DNA from: a virus
Direction: 5' to 3' (one strand)
Length of the DNA: 64,000 nucleotides
IMG/VR virus record: IMGVR_UViG_3300013126_004149
Span: 6,369 to 70,368 of that record
Each line of letters starts with the position of its first letter. Within the stretch, counting starts at the first letter, position 1. Of the stretch, positions 51,464 to 61,417 are shown in pieces. The notes beneath the pieces are model-generated. The model searched no databases. It was not told where the DNA came from and saw only the letters and a program-made list of their open reading frames with translations. Position numbers and translations under genes: made by a program.

Positions 51464-51943
51464 ATGAAGAAGATATTTAAAATAATTTCAAACTATACTC
51501 AGGAGCAAACAGAGGTAGGGTCTATTAGATTAACTAGTGATGAGGTGGCTAAGGTTGAAAAAATACTTGATGAGAATGTTTTCCTAAAATATGATGGTAA
51601 AGTTTGCCATTGGGAAAGGGGTGATTTGATGTATGCTATTATGATTACTGATGATGATGGTATTTCTGAAATGATGAGAATAGATAATAAGATGCATAAG
51701 GGTTTTGAGGGTTGGACTGAGTTTGAAGATATAACTGAAGAAGTTCTTTATGATAAGTTTGATACATCTGTATTTGGTTTCTTTGAGAATGAAATGATAT
51801 ATGATTTTTTTATTTGGAGATCTCAAAATTTAACAAAGGATGATGTTTTAGATAAGATATTAAAATGGGGTATAGATTCTTTAACTAAAAATGATAAGTT
51901 AGTTTTAGAAGATAAAAAAATGGTTTTACCTTTTGATATTTAA
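51464..51943 (+). CDS. Hypothetical protein with DUF6576-like C-terminus (paralog of 51981..52376)
   Basis: Probable start is ATG 51464; DDVLDKILKWGIDSLTKNDK. Confidence 0.6.
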   Translation: MKKIFKIISNYTQEQTEVGSIRLTSDEVAKVEKILDENVFLKYDGKVCHWERGDLMYAIMITDDDGISEMMRIDNKMHKGFEGWTEFEDITEEVLYDKFDTSVFGFFENEMIYDFFIWRSQNLTKDDVLDKILKWGIDSLTKNDKLVLEDKKMVLPFDI

Positions 51944-51980
51944 AATAATTTATTATATTTGTTAAACAAAAGATGAAAAG

Positions 51981-52376
51981 ATGAAAATATATAAAATATC
52001 AACAAATTTAACAGAAGAAAGAAATGAATATTTATCAGATAGTTTATCTAGAGAAGAAGAAAAGAAGATTTTTAGATATTTTGAAGATGGTAATATTTGT
52101 TATGATTTAGTAGAAGAAGATGGAACTATAACTTCTTATTTTATGTGTAGTATAGAGGCTTTAGACTATGTAACATCTTTATTTCATAAATATGAAATTA
52201 AATTTAAAATTAATGATATTACAAATGATTTTTTAATTGGAAAGGTTAATATTGATGATAAAGATTTTCAAAATTATTTATTAGAGAATTTAGATATTGA
52301 TACTATTTTAGATAAAATAAATGAATTTGGTATTGGATCTTTAACTGAAGTTGATAAATCTATTTTAAATAAATAA
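51981..52376 (+). CDS. Hypothetical protein with DUF6576-like C-terminus
   Basis: DTILDKINEFGIGSLTEVDKSIL. Confidence 0.6.
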   Translation: MKIYKISTNLTEERNEYLSDSLSREEEKKIFRYFEDGNICYDLVEEDGTITSYFMCSIEALDYVTSLFHKYEIKFKINDITNDFLIGKVNIDDKDFQNYLLENLDIDTILDKINEFGIGSLTEVDKSILNK

Positions 52377-52411
52377 AAAAAAGAGATACATTATTGTATC
52401 TCTTTTTTTTT
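52375..52411. terminator. Bidirectional intrinsic terminator
   Basis: AAAAAAAAGAGATACA-TTAT-TGTATCTCTTTTTTTT. Confidence 0.8.
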
Positions 52412-52414
52412 ATA

Positions 52415-52831
52415 TTAAAATTTTCTACCTCCAGGTCCGCCTTCTGCGTCACCAACAGCTGTAACGTCTTTCCATTTATCACCTTCCTTTTTAACAGTTT
52501 TACATCTATCAAAATGGATTTTAGCAAATTCTTCTTCTATAACAGTTTTAGAATCTGCATTTTTATAAATATAGTTATAAACAGTTGGAGCAAATTTGGC
52601 ACCATAAACTAAACTCTTCTTTTCATCAAATCCAAAACTTTCAGCCCAATCAATAAATTTCTTTTTAAGAGATTCTTTAGATAATTTACCAGCTTGTAAA
52701 GAAGTCCAATTTGTATTAATATCTTTTGACCACTCACCATCTTTTGGACTGAAAAGTCCCTTTAAGAATTCTTCGTTCATAGAATCGTTTTCTGTGTATG
52801 AAAACGATTCGAATGTTTTTAAATGTTTCAT
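52415..52831 (-). CDS. Hypothetical protein with N-terminal MKHLKTFESF motif
   Basis: ORF track; TTAATATATA motif upstream. Confidence 0.6.
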   Translation of the reverse strand: MKHLKTFESFSYTENDSMNEEFLKGLFSPKDGEWSKDINTNWTSLQAGKLSKESLKKKFIDWAESFGFDEKKSLVYGAKFAPTVYNYIYKNADSKTVIEEEFAKIHFDRCKTVKKEGDKWKDVTAVGDAEGGPGGRKF

Positions 52832-52883
52832 ATTATTTATTATTTTTTATTTTTAGTATATATTAATTCTAAAAACCTTTTTT

Positions 52884-53786
52884 TTACATTTTTTTATCAA
52901 AAATATAAAGATCATATAAAGAATTTCCTTTTACATTTTTAATACTCTTTAAAATATCTCCAGTTATAGAATCTAATACCTTAAAATTACCCAAATCTAC
53001 ACCCTTATCTGTTTTAACTTTAACTGTGTTTCCTGGTTGTCCTAAAGCACCCAGAACAGCTACATATTTATTTCCATAAATACTCTTTAAAAAAGATATT
53101 CTAAGTGTTTTAATATCTTTAGAATCTTTTATATAAGAATTCTCCATTGCTTTCATTAAATCTAATTGAGTTTCTGTTTCTTTTACTATAATTGATGATG
53201 ATTTATTTTCTGCTGTTCCTAAAGAAACCTCATCTCTATTTACAATTTTATTTTGATTAACTAAATTTTGTTGATTTCTTCTAATTTCATTAAAATCTGC
53301 TCTAACTATAATACCACCTCTCATTCCTTTATCATACATATTATATCCAGCTGGTGCCAATCTATAAAATGATCCAGTAAAGGTCATGGATAAAATTCTA
53401 TCAGTTCTAAATAATCTCCATATTTTATTAATGTGTCTGTTATTAGAAACTGACCACCCATTCAAATGCCATCCTCTAAGTAGTGTTTTTCCTTTTGATG
53501 ATCTACCCAAAACCATTGGATAAATTACTCTCTCATGACCAGAAAAATGTGTATCTTCCTCACCTTTATAATTTATTAAGAATATGAGACCATATTTAAT
53601 CGCTTTAATCATAACTTCATCTGAATACTTAATAGGTTCATTGATAGGAATATTCGCAATGTCCTTAACATTCTTTAATGAAAATCTAGGAACAAATTCA
53701 GAATTTTCTTTAATTCTATAATGTTCTTTGATTACATATTCAACTGGTTTAAGATTGAAATAATCTCTAGTTTGTTTTAAATTCAT
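52884..53786 (-). CDS. WYL-domain-like protein
   Basis: INYKG...ERVIYPMVLG...LLRGW...WRLFRTDRILS. Confidence 0.6.
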   Translation of the reverse strand: MNLKQTRDYFNLKPVEYVIKEHYRIKENSEFVPRFSLKNVKDIANIPINEPIKYSDEVMIKAIKYGLIFLINYKGEEDTHFSGHERVIYPMVLGRSSKGKTLLRGWHLNGWSVSNNRHINKIWRLFRTDRILSMTFTGSFYRLAPAGYNMYDKGMRGGIIVRADFNEIRRNQQNLVNQNKIVNRDEVSLGTAENKSSSIIVKETETQLDLMKAMENSYIKDSKDIKTLRISFLKSIYGNKYVAVLGALGQPGNTVKVKTDKGVDLGNFKVLDSITGDILKSIKNVKGNSLYDLYIFDKKM

Positions 53787-53855
53787 AATCTATATATTAA
53801 ATGTTTATTTTATAAAATATAATTTTAATATATATAATAAAAATTAGATTTTTAT

Positions 53856-54545
53856 ATGATTAATAATAGAGAAGATGCTAATAAATATTATCAACAAGTT
53901 AACGAGTTAATTGATGATTATATTGATAAATGGAAAATTAAACCTTCTAACCTAGGAAGATACTTAAAAAATGGTTCAGATAGATTTAATAAATTCCTAA
54001 AAAGAAATAACTTAAAAGAAGTTAATGGTATTGATAGAGTTCTTTCTGATGTTATAGAAGATAGAATTAACATGGAAAGGGATGCTGTTTTAACTTTTGA
54101 AAATTTTAAATTTTTTGAATCTGATGAATTTAAAATAATTGATTTGAAAAGTTGTTTGGAAAAGGGTATTGAAAAAGCGGATTTAAATATGGAAAAAGCA
54201 TTGGCTGACGCATTTGATACAAATTTAAGTTCTATAGAAATAATTGAAAGTAATAAACATCTATTTAAAGTTGATGGATGGAATGAATTTGAAATAGTAA
54301 TTTATTCTAGTGAAGATTTAGAAATTATTAAAAATAACTTAGTTGATTATTTAGTTGAGGATTTAAAATCTAAAAAAGTAAATCTAGGTGGTATTATTGA
54401 ATTTTCTTTAAAAGATATTACTAGTGATGTTGGTTTTATAAGATTCTCAATTGGTAGAGAAATTGAATTAAAAAGTGTTATAAGTAAATTACTAGAAATG
54501 GAACATTATAAATCTTTTAATGGGTATGAAATATGGAAAAAATAG
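53856..54545 (+). CDS. Hypothetical protein
   Basis: 229-aa ORF with a TAATATATA motif upstream. Confidence 0.6.
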   Translation: MINNREDANKYYQQVNELIDDYIDKWKIKPSNLGRYLKNGSDRFNKFLKRNNLKEVNGIDRVLSDVIEDRINMERDAVLTFENFKFFESDEFKIIDLKSCLEKGIEKADLNMEKALADAFDTNLSSIEIIESNKHLFKVDGWNEFEIVIYSSEDLEIIKNNLVDYLVEDLKSKKVNLGGIIEFSLKDITSDVGFIRFSIGREIELKSVISKLLEMEHYKSFNGYEIWKK

Positions 54546-54657
54546 CACTCCATATAGATTGTTTTTATTATAGGTTTAGAAAAAACATGTAACATCATGA
54601 TATATATATACCCCCTTGTGGAACTAGAATTTTCTAGATAAAAAATAAAAATTTAAA

Positions 54658-55458
54658 ATGTTATTAAAGTTAGGATCAACAGGGAAAGAAGTTAAACTTT
54701 TACAAGAAAAATTAGGTCTTAAAGGAGATGGTAATTTTGGGCCTAAGACTGAAAGTGCTGTAAAAAAGTGGCAAAAAGAAAATGGTTTAAAAGATGATGG
54801 AGTTGTAGGTGATATCACATGGGTGAAAATTAATGAAAGTGTTGAATCTCAATCACCTTTGTCTTTTATAAATAAAATAAAAGGTCATATTCCAGATTCA
54901 GTATTTCAACAAATACCTTCTACATGTTCATCGTTTAATATAATTACACCTTTAAGGTTAGCTCATTTTCTTTCTCAATGTTCTCATGAGAGTGGTAATT
55001 TTAAATCTGTTTTTGAAAATTTGAATTATTCGGAAAGTGGACTATTAAATACATTTAAAAAATATTTTACACCTGAATTAGCTAAAAAATATTCTAAAAA
55101 ACCAGAAATGATAGCATCTAGAGTTTATGCTAATAGAATGGGTAATGGTTCTGAAGAAAGTGGTGATGGGTGGAAGTTTCGTGGTAGAGGATATCTACAG
55201 TGTACTGGTAAATCAAACTATGATTCTTTATCTAAAAAATTTGGAGTTGATTTTTTATCAAATCCTGATCTACTATCTACTGATTATCCGCTTTCATCAG
55301 CTGGTTGGTTTTTTGATAAAAATAAATTATGGTCTATTTGTGATAAAGGTTCAACTGATGATGTAGTTAAAGAATTAACAAAAAGAATAAATGGTGGTTA
55401 TTTAGGATTAAATGATAGGATAGAAAAATTTAATAAATATTATAACCTTTTAAAATAA
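54658..55458 (+). CDS. Endolysin: PG-binding domain plus glycoside hydrolase family 19
   Basis: LKLGSTGKEVKLLQ...DGVVGDITW; RLAHFLSQCSHESG...ENLNYS...YANRMGNG...GWKFRGRG...RINGG..GLNDR. Confidence 0.93.
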   Translation: MLLKLGSTGKEVKLLQEKLGLKGDGNFGPKTESAVKKWQKENGLKDDGVVGDITWVKINESVESQSPLSFINKIKGHIPDSVFQQIPSTCSSFNIITPLRLAHFLSQCSHESGNFKSVFENLNYSESGLLNTFKKYFTPELAKKYSKKPEMIASRVYANRMGNGSEESGDGWKFRGRGYLQCTGKSNYDSLSKKFGVDFLSNPDLLSTDYPLSSAGWFFDKNKLWSICDKGSTDDVVKELTKRINGGYLGLNDRIEKFNKYYNLLK

Positions 55459-55489
55459 AAAAGAGAGTCTCAATTGACTCTCTTTTTTT
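55457..55489. terminator. Intrinsic terminator after the endolysin
   Basis: AAAAAAGAGAGTC-TCAATT-GACTCTCTTTTTTT. Confidence 0.8.
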
Positions 55490-55608
55490 GGTTAAAAAGT
55501 AATCAAGTTACTTCATTCCCTTACCATCCGAATTTGTTTAAGAAATAATCATTGTTAAATCATTCACATAACAAATATACAAATAATTTTATTATTTACA
55601 AATTATTC

Positions 55609-56286
55609 TTAAAATAAATATTTTAATTTTATATCTCTCACTAAAGATTTTAGTTCAGAATCTCCTATTATATCTTTTAAGTAATTATATATTCTTTCTT
55701 TACAAAAGAATCCATTGTAATTTACTTCATTACCATTTTCATTTATTCTTCTTAAAGATATACGAAGGTTTGGTTGTAATCTTAATATGATTTTACCACT
55801 TTCAATTATAAGAAAGAAACTTTGTTCAAACTCTGGTCCGTAATTAGCAAAACCTGGTTGGAATCCAAATTCATTTAAAAATTTAATTACATGATTATAT
55901 CTTTCATATCTACCTAATAGTTTAGTATCTGTATCATAGTAGGAAAATCTCGATGGCATTCCATCAAACTCATTTTCATCACCAATGTAGTATTGAATAG
56001 TATCATCTAGAATTTCATCAATTTTAGCATCTCTAATTTCTTCGGTATTTTTTATATTATTACGATTAATTATATTTTTAATATTTTTATCAAAAATAAA
56101 ATGTATTTTACCTGTTTTTTCTGCGATAAAATTACAATCATCTATTAATGATTTTGGGATTTCACTATTTTCATGTTTGAATATTTCTAAATTCTCAACA
56201 TGATCAACTGGATTACTACCATCATTAATTTCTATATCAGTTGTTCCATCAGGGAGAGTTACTGTATTAATTTGAATTTCGTTCAT
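55609..56286 (-). CDS. Hypothetical protein with two RDxK(I/L) motifs
   Basis: IRDAKIDEIL and VRDIKLKYLF. Confidence 0.6.
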   Translation of the reverse strand: MNEIQINTVTLPDGTTDIEINDGSNPVDHVENLEIFKHENSEIPKSLIDDCNFIAEKTGKIHFIFDKNIKNIINRNNIKNTEEIRDAKIDEILDDTIQYYIGDENEFDGMPSRFSYYDTDTKLLGRYERYNHVIKFLNEFGFQPGFANYGPEFEQSFFLIIESGKIILRLQPNLRISLRRINENGNEVNYNGFFCKERIYNYLKDIIGDSELKSLVRDIKLKYLF

Positions 56287-56506
56287 TATTTAATGTGTAA
56301 TTTTTTTTATGATCAAATCTCATATTTATATAATTTAGAATAAATTGGCATTTTTCATATTCTTCTCTACTTTGGTAGTAGAAAATCATTTCATTTAGGA
56401 ATTTTTGATCATATAATTTAAACTTTTCGTCAAAATGTTTTCCATTTTGTATTCTTTGAAAGTTGCTATTGATTAGGTTATCATAGCTTTTTAAAACTTT
56501 AATCAT
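56267..56506 (-). CDS. Small hypothetical protein (UVR-like EEYEKC motif)
   Basis: YYQSREEYEKCQFI. Confidence 0.5.
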   Translation of the reverse strand: MIKVLKSYDNLINSNFQRIQNGKHFDEKFKLYDQKFLNEMIFYYQSREEYEKCQFILNYINMRFDHKKNYTLNNERNSN

Positions 56507-56507
56507 A

Positions 56508-57134
56508 TTAAAGGTTTTTACTTTGGTTATTTAAGAAGTTTAATTCTTCTAAAGATAGTGATTTTAATCCAGATTTAGAAATTTTATCTAAAATTTCATC
56601 TGTATCGAATTTATTTATATTTTCTTTATTAATAGTATCTATTTCTGATTTTTGATCTAAATCTATATCTTGTAGAGCATTGGGATTGTTTTGGTTCCAC
56701 TTTTTCATTTCTTCCATTTTTATTTGGAATTCTTCTTTTGAGATAGTCATGCCCATTATATTAACAACATCATTTATTTGTGAATTAAATCTATCATTCA
56801 ATTCCATTAAGAGTTCAGATGCTAGATTTGTATCTACTGATTCTGTTGTGTAGAGGCATTGATTATCTTTAAATATACAAAGTACTCCTTTATCCATTAA
56901 ATAAACTAGATTAACAACATCTAGGTTGGTTATTTTAGTATCAACAATAACTGTGTGGTTAACTCTACTAACAAATACAGCTTTTCCTTTTTTTAGATTA
57001 GAAAGAACTTCTCTAAATTTGATAGAGATATCGCCTATCATTTTTTTATGATCTAAGTTTTTCTTAATTAGAGTGTAATATCTTGTTGATAATATACCTA
57101 AAGCGGTACCCCATAATAATCCTAGTATAAACAT
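56508..57134 (-). CDS. Membrane-anchored protein with DUF6576-like C-terminus
   Basis: N-terminal hydrophobic anchor; DEILDKISKSGLKSLSLEELNFL. Confidence 0.6.
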   Translation of the reverse strand: MFILGLLWGTALGILSTRYYTLIKKNLDHKKMIGDISIKFREVLSNLKKGKAVFVSRVNHTVIVDTKITNLDVVNLVYLMDKGVLCIFKDNQCLYTTESVDTNLASELLMELNDRFNSQINDVVNIMGMTISKEEFQIKMEEMKKWNQNNPNALQDIDLDQKSEIDTINKENINKFDTDEILDKISKSGLKSLSLEELNFLNNQSKNL

Positions 57135-57157
57135 TTTTTCTTTAGTATTTTTTAATT

Positions 57158-58369
57158 TTATATGTTATATATATTTTTTCTTATTTTGATTAGTAATTCA
57201 TTAACAAATTTTTTATCTACATTATCTGGTAGATTGGAATTATTAAATAATTCATCAATTTCAATAATATCTTTTTCAACATCATTTATTAGAGTTTCTA
57301 AATCTATTTCTCCCCTTCTAATTGAGATTAAATAGTCTGTATCATTTCTTCTAACATTGATACCCTTTCCTTCAGCAATTTCTTTAGCCATGGAAATAAG
57401 TCTTTTACAATGCATCATATTCTTACCATCAATTTTTTGACCGTGTGATTTAACATCTACCCATCTTGCTTCGTTTTTATTCTCTAACCAATCCTGGTAT
57501 GATTTATAATCTTTACAATGTTCTGAATATCCATCTTTATTATAAACAATATTACAAATAGGGGTTTCACCTTTTGGAATAGAAGAAAGTCTGAGAGAAT
57601 TTGACTCAGCGACATTCTGACCTTCTCCAGTTTTAACTAAACCTTTATAACCAAAACCCATTGGGTAACCCTTTTCTTTAAGTTCTTGTTTTAATTTATT
57701 TCGATACTCTTCATTATATACTCCAGAGGATCCAGAGTAACATAATGATGCACGTTCATCAAAATATACCGCATATACATCCCTAGCATTTGGGACATTT
57801 GCAACACCACAAAATTTTTCTCCATAGATATAACGTTCAAGGTTATCACCACTATTCCAAACTTTCCAAGGAATAGATTTTTGACCTTCAATTACGTAAA
57901 CAAAATCAAGTACATCTTTACGAGTTACTTTATCCTTTTCCCAATTTTGTTTTTTATTTTGACCTCTAGCTTTTTTTATTTGTTGTATAGAATATCCACC
58001 AAAAGATTTTGCGCATATTTTAGTGATGAATTTATCTTTATTATTTAGAACTTCGTCAAATATTGGGTCTTTATAGATAATACAATCCTCTGGTGTGTTA
58101 AGCAATTCCAATACGCTTGGATTATTTGTGGATAGTAAATCTAAAAATCTTTTAACTTCATAAATAACTATATCATTTTTATCATCATTTATTTGTTCTT
58201 TATATCCAAACCCTAGTATATCATCTAATGATTGTATAAATACACCAGCATAGTCTGTATCTGATGTTTCGATATTAGTTCCATATGCATGAGATCCTCT
58301 AATCACTAGTAATAGTGGTTTTGATCCTGGTGATTTATCGCATATTAATTTCAATAAATTTTCTTTCAT
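57158..58369 (-). CDS. Predicted nucleotidyltransferase (Pol-beta superfamily, RlaP/NrdC.11-like)
   Basis: RGSHAYGTNIETSDTDYAGVF...NNPSVLELL...DGKNMMHCKRL...IRRGE. Confidence 0.85.
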   Translation of the reverse strand: MKENLLKLICDKSPGSKPLLLVIRGSHAYGTNIETSDTDYAGVFIQSLDDILGFGYKEQINDDKNDIVIYEVKRFLDLLSTNNPSVLELLNTPEDCIIYKDPIFDEVLNNKDKFITKICAKSFGGYSIQQIKKARGQNKKQNWEKDKVTRKDVLDFVYVIEGQKSIPWKVWNSGDNLERYIYGEKFCGVANVPNARDVYAVYFDERASLCYSGSSGVYNEEYRNKLKQELKEKGYPMGFGYKGLVKTGEGQNVAESNSLRLSSIPKGETPICNIVYNKDGYSEHCKDYKSYQDWLENKNEARWVDVKSHGQKIDGKNMMHCKRLISMAKEIAEGKGINVRRNDTDYLISIRRGEIDLETLINDVEKDIIEIDELFNNSNLPDNVDKKFVNELLIKIRKNIYNI

Positions 58370-58448
58370 ATAGCAAATATACTTAAATAAAATAAAAAGT
58401 TAAAATAAAGTAAATAAAATTTAATATATAATAAAAAATAATTTTTAT

Positions 58449-59393
58449 ATGGCTGGTACTTCTAGTTTTAGTGATCCTGGATATCCACTTATACAATCAG
58501 ATTATATTAATACTATAATCGATATGTTGGAGTTATCGGAAGATGGTACAACATTGGATCCAAAAGATTTAAGGGATTCTAATTGGACTTTGTGGAATAA
58601 AATTGAAGATGTTGAGATTTCAGCATCGCAATCTGTTCAATATGAAAGACTAGATTCTACATTAATTAGTGTGGGTGGTATTTCGGTTGGTTCTACGTTT
58701 AGTGGTACTGTAGTTGATGTTATTGATAGATTATTATATCCTTATGTATCTCAGGTAAATTCATTAACTGCTTCTGAGACAGTTAGAGAATTTGGTGGTC
58801 CTTTAGAATTAGATTTAGAATGGAATGTATCTTTAGGTAGTAATGATATTGAGGAGATAATTATTTCTGGTGAGTATATAATTCCTTTGGTGAATTTTGG
58901 TGTTCAAACAATCACATCAACACATAGTTTAAATCCGGGTATTTCAGAGGTTATATCATATACTATGAGTTCATTTGATGGTGTTTCTAATCTTATTACA
59001 TCTGTTGATTTTAAATGGTTAAATAGAGTTTATTGGGGAACAATTAGTTTGACTTCTTTGGGTAATCCTGACTTATATTTACAAGTTGATGTGATACCGG
59101 ATGTTTCTGATTATATAGATGGTGTGGGTATATTGGAGTTGAGTAATAGTAAATTATCTGCTACTATGTCGTCTACATATATTATTGGTGGTGTTGGTGA
59201 ATATTTGTGTTTTGCTTGGCCTTCTTTATTTGGGGAACCTACATTTATTGTAAATGGGATGAATAATAGTGCATTTACTAAAGTAAAGAGTGAGTATAGT
59301 TTTGAGAATAACTATGGATTTAGTGGGGTTGATTATGATGTTTGGCTTAGTAATGTTGGGTATAATTCAACTGTTGAAATTATTATAAAATAA
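58449..59393 (+). CDS. Putative virion structural/tail-fibre-associated protein
   Basis: Beta-rich sequence with NRVYWG, EYLCFAWPSLFG and F.N.YG...YDVW.S motifs of the kind seen in fibre-associated proteins. Confidence 0.55.
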   Translation: MAGTSSFSDPGYPLIQSDYINTIIDMLELSEDGTTLDPKDLRDSNWTLWNKIEDVEISASQSVQYERLDSTLISVGGISVGSTFSGTVVDVIDRLLYPYVSQVNSLTASETVREFGGPLELDLEWNVSLGSNDIEEIIISGEYIIPLVNFGVQTITSTHSLNPGISEVISYTMSSFDGVSNLITSVDFKWLNRVYWGTISLTSLGNPDLYLQVDVIPDVSDYIDGVGILELSNSKLSATMSSTYIIGGVGEYLCFAWPSLFGEPTFIVNGMNNSAFTKVKSEYSFENNYGFSGVDYDVWLSNVGYNSTVEIIIK

Positions 59394-59402
59394 ATAAAAG
59401 AT

Positions 59403-60704
59403 ATGAGTAAAAATATAGGTACATTGATAAATGCTACAATTAGACCAAATGATACTTTAGATAGAATATCAACTGCATGGGATAATGAAATAAGAGGTGG
59501 ACATCATTCATATTCAACTTTGAATGAGAGAGATTTGGTAATCTTACAAAGAAGGAGTTGGGGTATGCTTTGTACTGTTTATGATGATGGTTTAAATAAT
59601 GGTACATATCAATTAGTTTATAATAGAGTTGATAATAACATTGAAAATAATTCAAACTGGGCTAAATTGGAATTAGATTCTGGTGATAAGTATTGGTTGC
59701 AAAGTGTTAAAAGTGTTCTTTTGGATGAGCCTCTTACTCCTTCAGATGGTGATAGGTATATAACTGGTTTGAATGATACTGATATATTGAATGGTGTTAA
59801 TTGGTCTCTACCTTCTTATAGAGGTGGTGCTATTGTTAGTTGGAGTTCGGAGTTTTCTATTTGGAATATAATTGAACCTGAGAATGGATGGAGTGTCAGA
59901 GTTGAATCTGAATCTAATCAGTTATACACATATAGTGGTGTATATCCTAATGGTGATTGGGTAAAGGAGTATGATAAGATAATTTCATTGACTGCTTCTT
60001 CTACTAATGGTGTTTTATATAATTCCAGTGTAACTGGATTGTTGAGTTATAAAACAGATCAATTATATTTGGTTAGTTTTTCTGCTACAAATTCTACAAC
60101 AACCGCTACTTTAAATATTAATGGAATTGGTGACGTTGCTATTAAAAAGCAAACATCTAATGGAATAAGTGATTTGTTGTATGGTGATTTAAGTCCTAGT
60201 TTAGTTTATAGTTTTTATTATAAGGGTGGTAATTTTATATTTGGTAAGCCTTATAATATGGCTCCTTTTGACATTAAATGGAAAATAAGATCTAATGAGG
60301 TAGTTCAAGTTCCGGATTATAATGAGTATCTTGTTTATGGTGATTTAGATGTTGAGGGTAGATTAGAGATTGATACTAATGGGCGAGTTATTATATTGAA
60401 TGGGGGTTTGAATATTAAAGGTGGTACGGTATCTAACTATGGTAATGTACAAATGGTTAATTTTAATGGACCTAATAGTAATTACACTAATAATGTAACA
60501 AAGTTTTCTACTACAATGTCAATGACATCTGGTGTTACATATTCGATAATACATGGTTTGGATACACAAGATATAGTTGTTAATACTTGGGATGAGAATA
60601 CTGGTGAGAATATATTTGTGAATGTTATTAAGACTTCTAATAATCAAATTGAATTATTGGCTGAAAATTTTATCCCGAGTGTTAGAGTGGTTGTTATTGG
60701 TTAG
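59403..60704 (+). CDS. Putative tail fibre-related protein (DUF2793-like segment)
   Basis: ERDL...RRSWGML..V, PSDGDRYI...W...PENGW.V.V and terminal IIHGLDTQDIVV..W. Confidence 0.55.
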   Translation: MSKNIGTLINATIRPNDTLDRISTAWDNEIRGGHHSYSTLNERDLVILQRRSWGMLCTVYDDGLNNGTYQLVYNRVDNNIENNSNWAKLELDSGDKYWLQSVKSVLLDEPLTPSDGDRYITGLNDTDILNGVNWSLPSYRGGAIVSWSSEFSIWNIIEPENGWSVRVESESNQLYTYSGVYPNGDWVKEYDKIISLTASSTNGVLYNSSVTGLLSYKTDQLYLVSFSATNSTTTATLNINGIGDVAIKKQTSNGISDLLYGDLSPSLVYSFYYKGGNFIFGKPYNMAPFDIKWKIRSNEVVQVPDYNEYLVYGDLDVEGRLEIDTNGRVIILNGGLNIKGGTVSNYGNVQMVNFNGPNSNYTNNVTKFSTTMSMTSGVTYSIIHGLDTQDIVVNTWDENTGENIFVNVIKTSNNQIELLAENFIPSVRVVVIG

Positions 60705-60948
60705 TCAGTATTAATTCTATGTTTTCTTTTGAAAATCCACTTAGGGGTTTTCCACCACTTTTTAACCATTCATTATAGAGATTATTATAATCTTCTTCTG
60801 TATAGAATTTATTATCTATATCTGAGAGTATTACGTTTGTGTGTGATTTATTTATCGTATTCCGTAATATTTGATCTCCATAAGCTGGTCCCATATGTCC
60901 TATAAGAACTGTTTCATTGATATATTCTCTAAATGTTTTAATCTTCAT
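60694..60948 (-). CDS. Small hypothetical protein
   Basis: Probable start MKIKTFREYINE (ATG 60948). Confidence 0.55.
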   Translation of the reverse strand: MKIKTFREYINETVLIGHMGPAYGDQILRNTINKSHTNVILSDIDNKFYTEEDYNNLYNEWLKSGGKPLSGFSKENIELILTNQ

Positions 60949-61417
60949 TTCTTTGTTCCAGTTTTTCAAAATATTCTTCTTGTTCTTGTAAAGAATATTC
61001 TCCTCTTTTTTTCATATATATTAAATTATAAAGGAATTTATCTTCTAAATAGAATTCTGAATTGTCTTTAAGAGTTAAAGTTGATATTTCTTCGTCATAA
61101 TCATTGTCTATATTAACTATTCTTAATCCTATTTTACCATCTCTATCTGTTAAATCACATATAACTCTTATTCCGTTATCTAAAAATTCTTTTATTTTAA
61201 ATGCTGTTGTATTTTTAGAAAGATACATATAATCTTTTACATCTTCTTCTCTAGTTTCTTGGTAAAGGTTTAAGAAGTTGATTTCTTTTTTAGTCAATCT
61301 CTTTTGGTTAGAGATTTTATCTAAAATTCTATCTAATTCTATTTCTTTTATAGACTTACCTAGTAGGTAATATCCTATTAACTTTTTAATTTTCATATCT
61401 TTTACTTTTTCCATCAT
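60938..61417 (-). CDS. Hypothetical protein with DUF6576-like motif
   Basis: LDRILDKISNQKRLTKKEINFL. Confidence 0.6.
   Translation of the reverse strand: MMEKVKDMKIKKLIGYYLLGKSIKEIELDRILDKISNQKRLTKKEINFLNLYQETREEDVKDYMYLSKNTTAFKIKEFLDNGIRVICDLTDRDGKIGLRIVNIDNDYDEEISTLTLKDNSEFYLEDKFLYNLIYMKKRGEYSLQEQEEYFEKLEQRNED

Noticed and set aside
54546-54657. Intergenic region before the endolysin with CCCCC and the CTAGAATTTTCTAG palindrome
   Set aside because: No broken gene or matched codons around it and too little structure to call an RNA element.
3179-61071. Antisense or overlapping track ORFs (for example 3179..3583, 10478..11149, 16035..17123, 18200..18532, 21577..21963, 36096..36370, 41412..41777, 43993..44331, 45004..45558)
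   Set aside because: They are Phe/Ser/Leu/Ile-rich shadows of Lys/Glu/Asp-rich genes on the other strand or frame and have no recognisable motifs.
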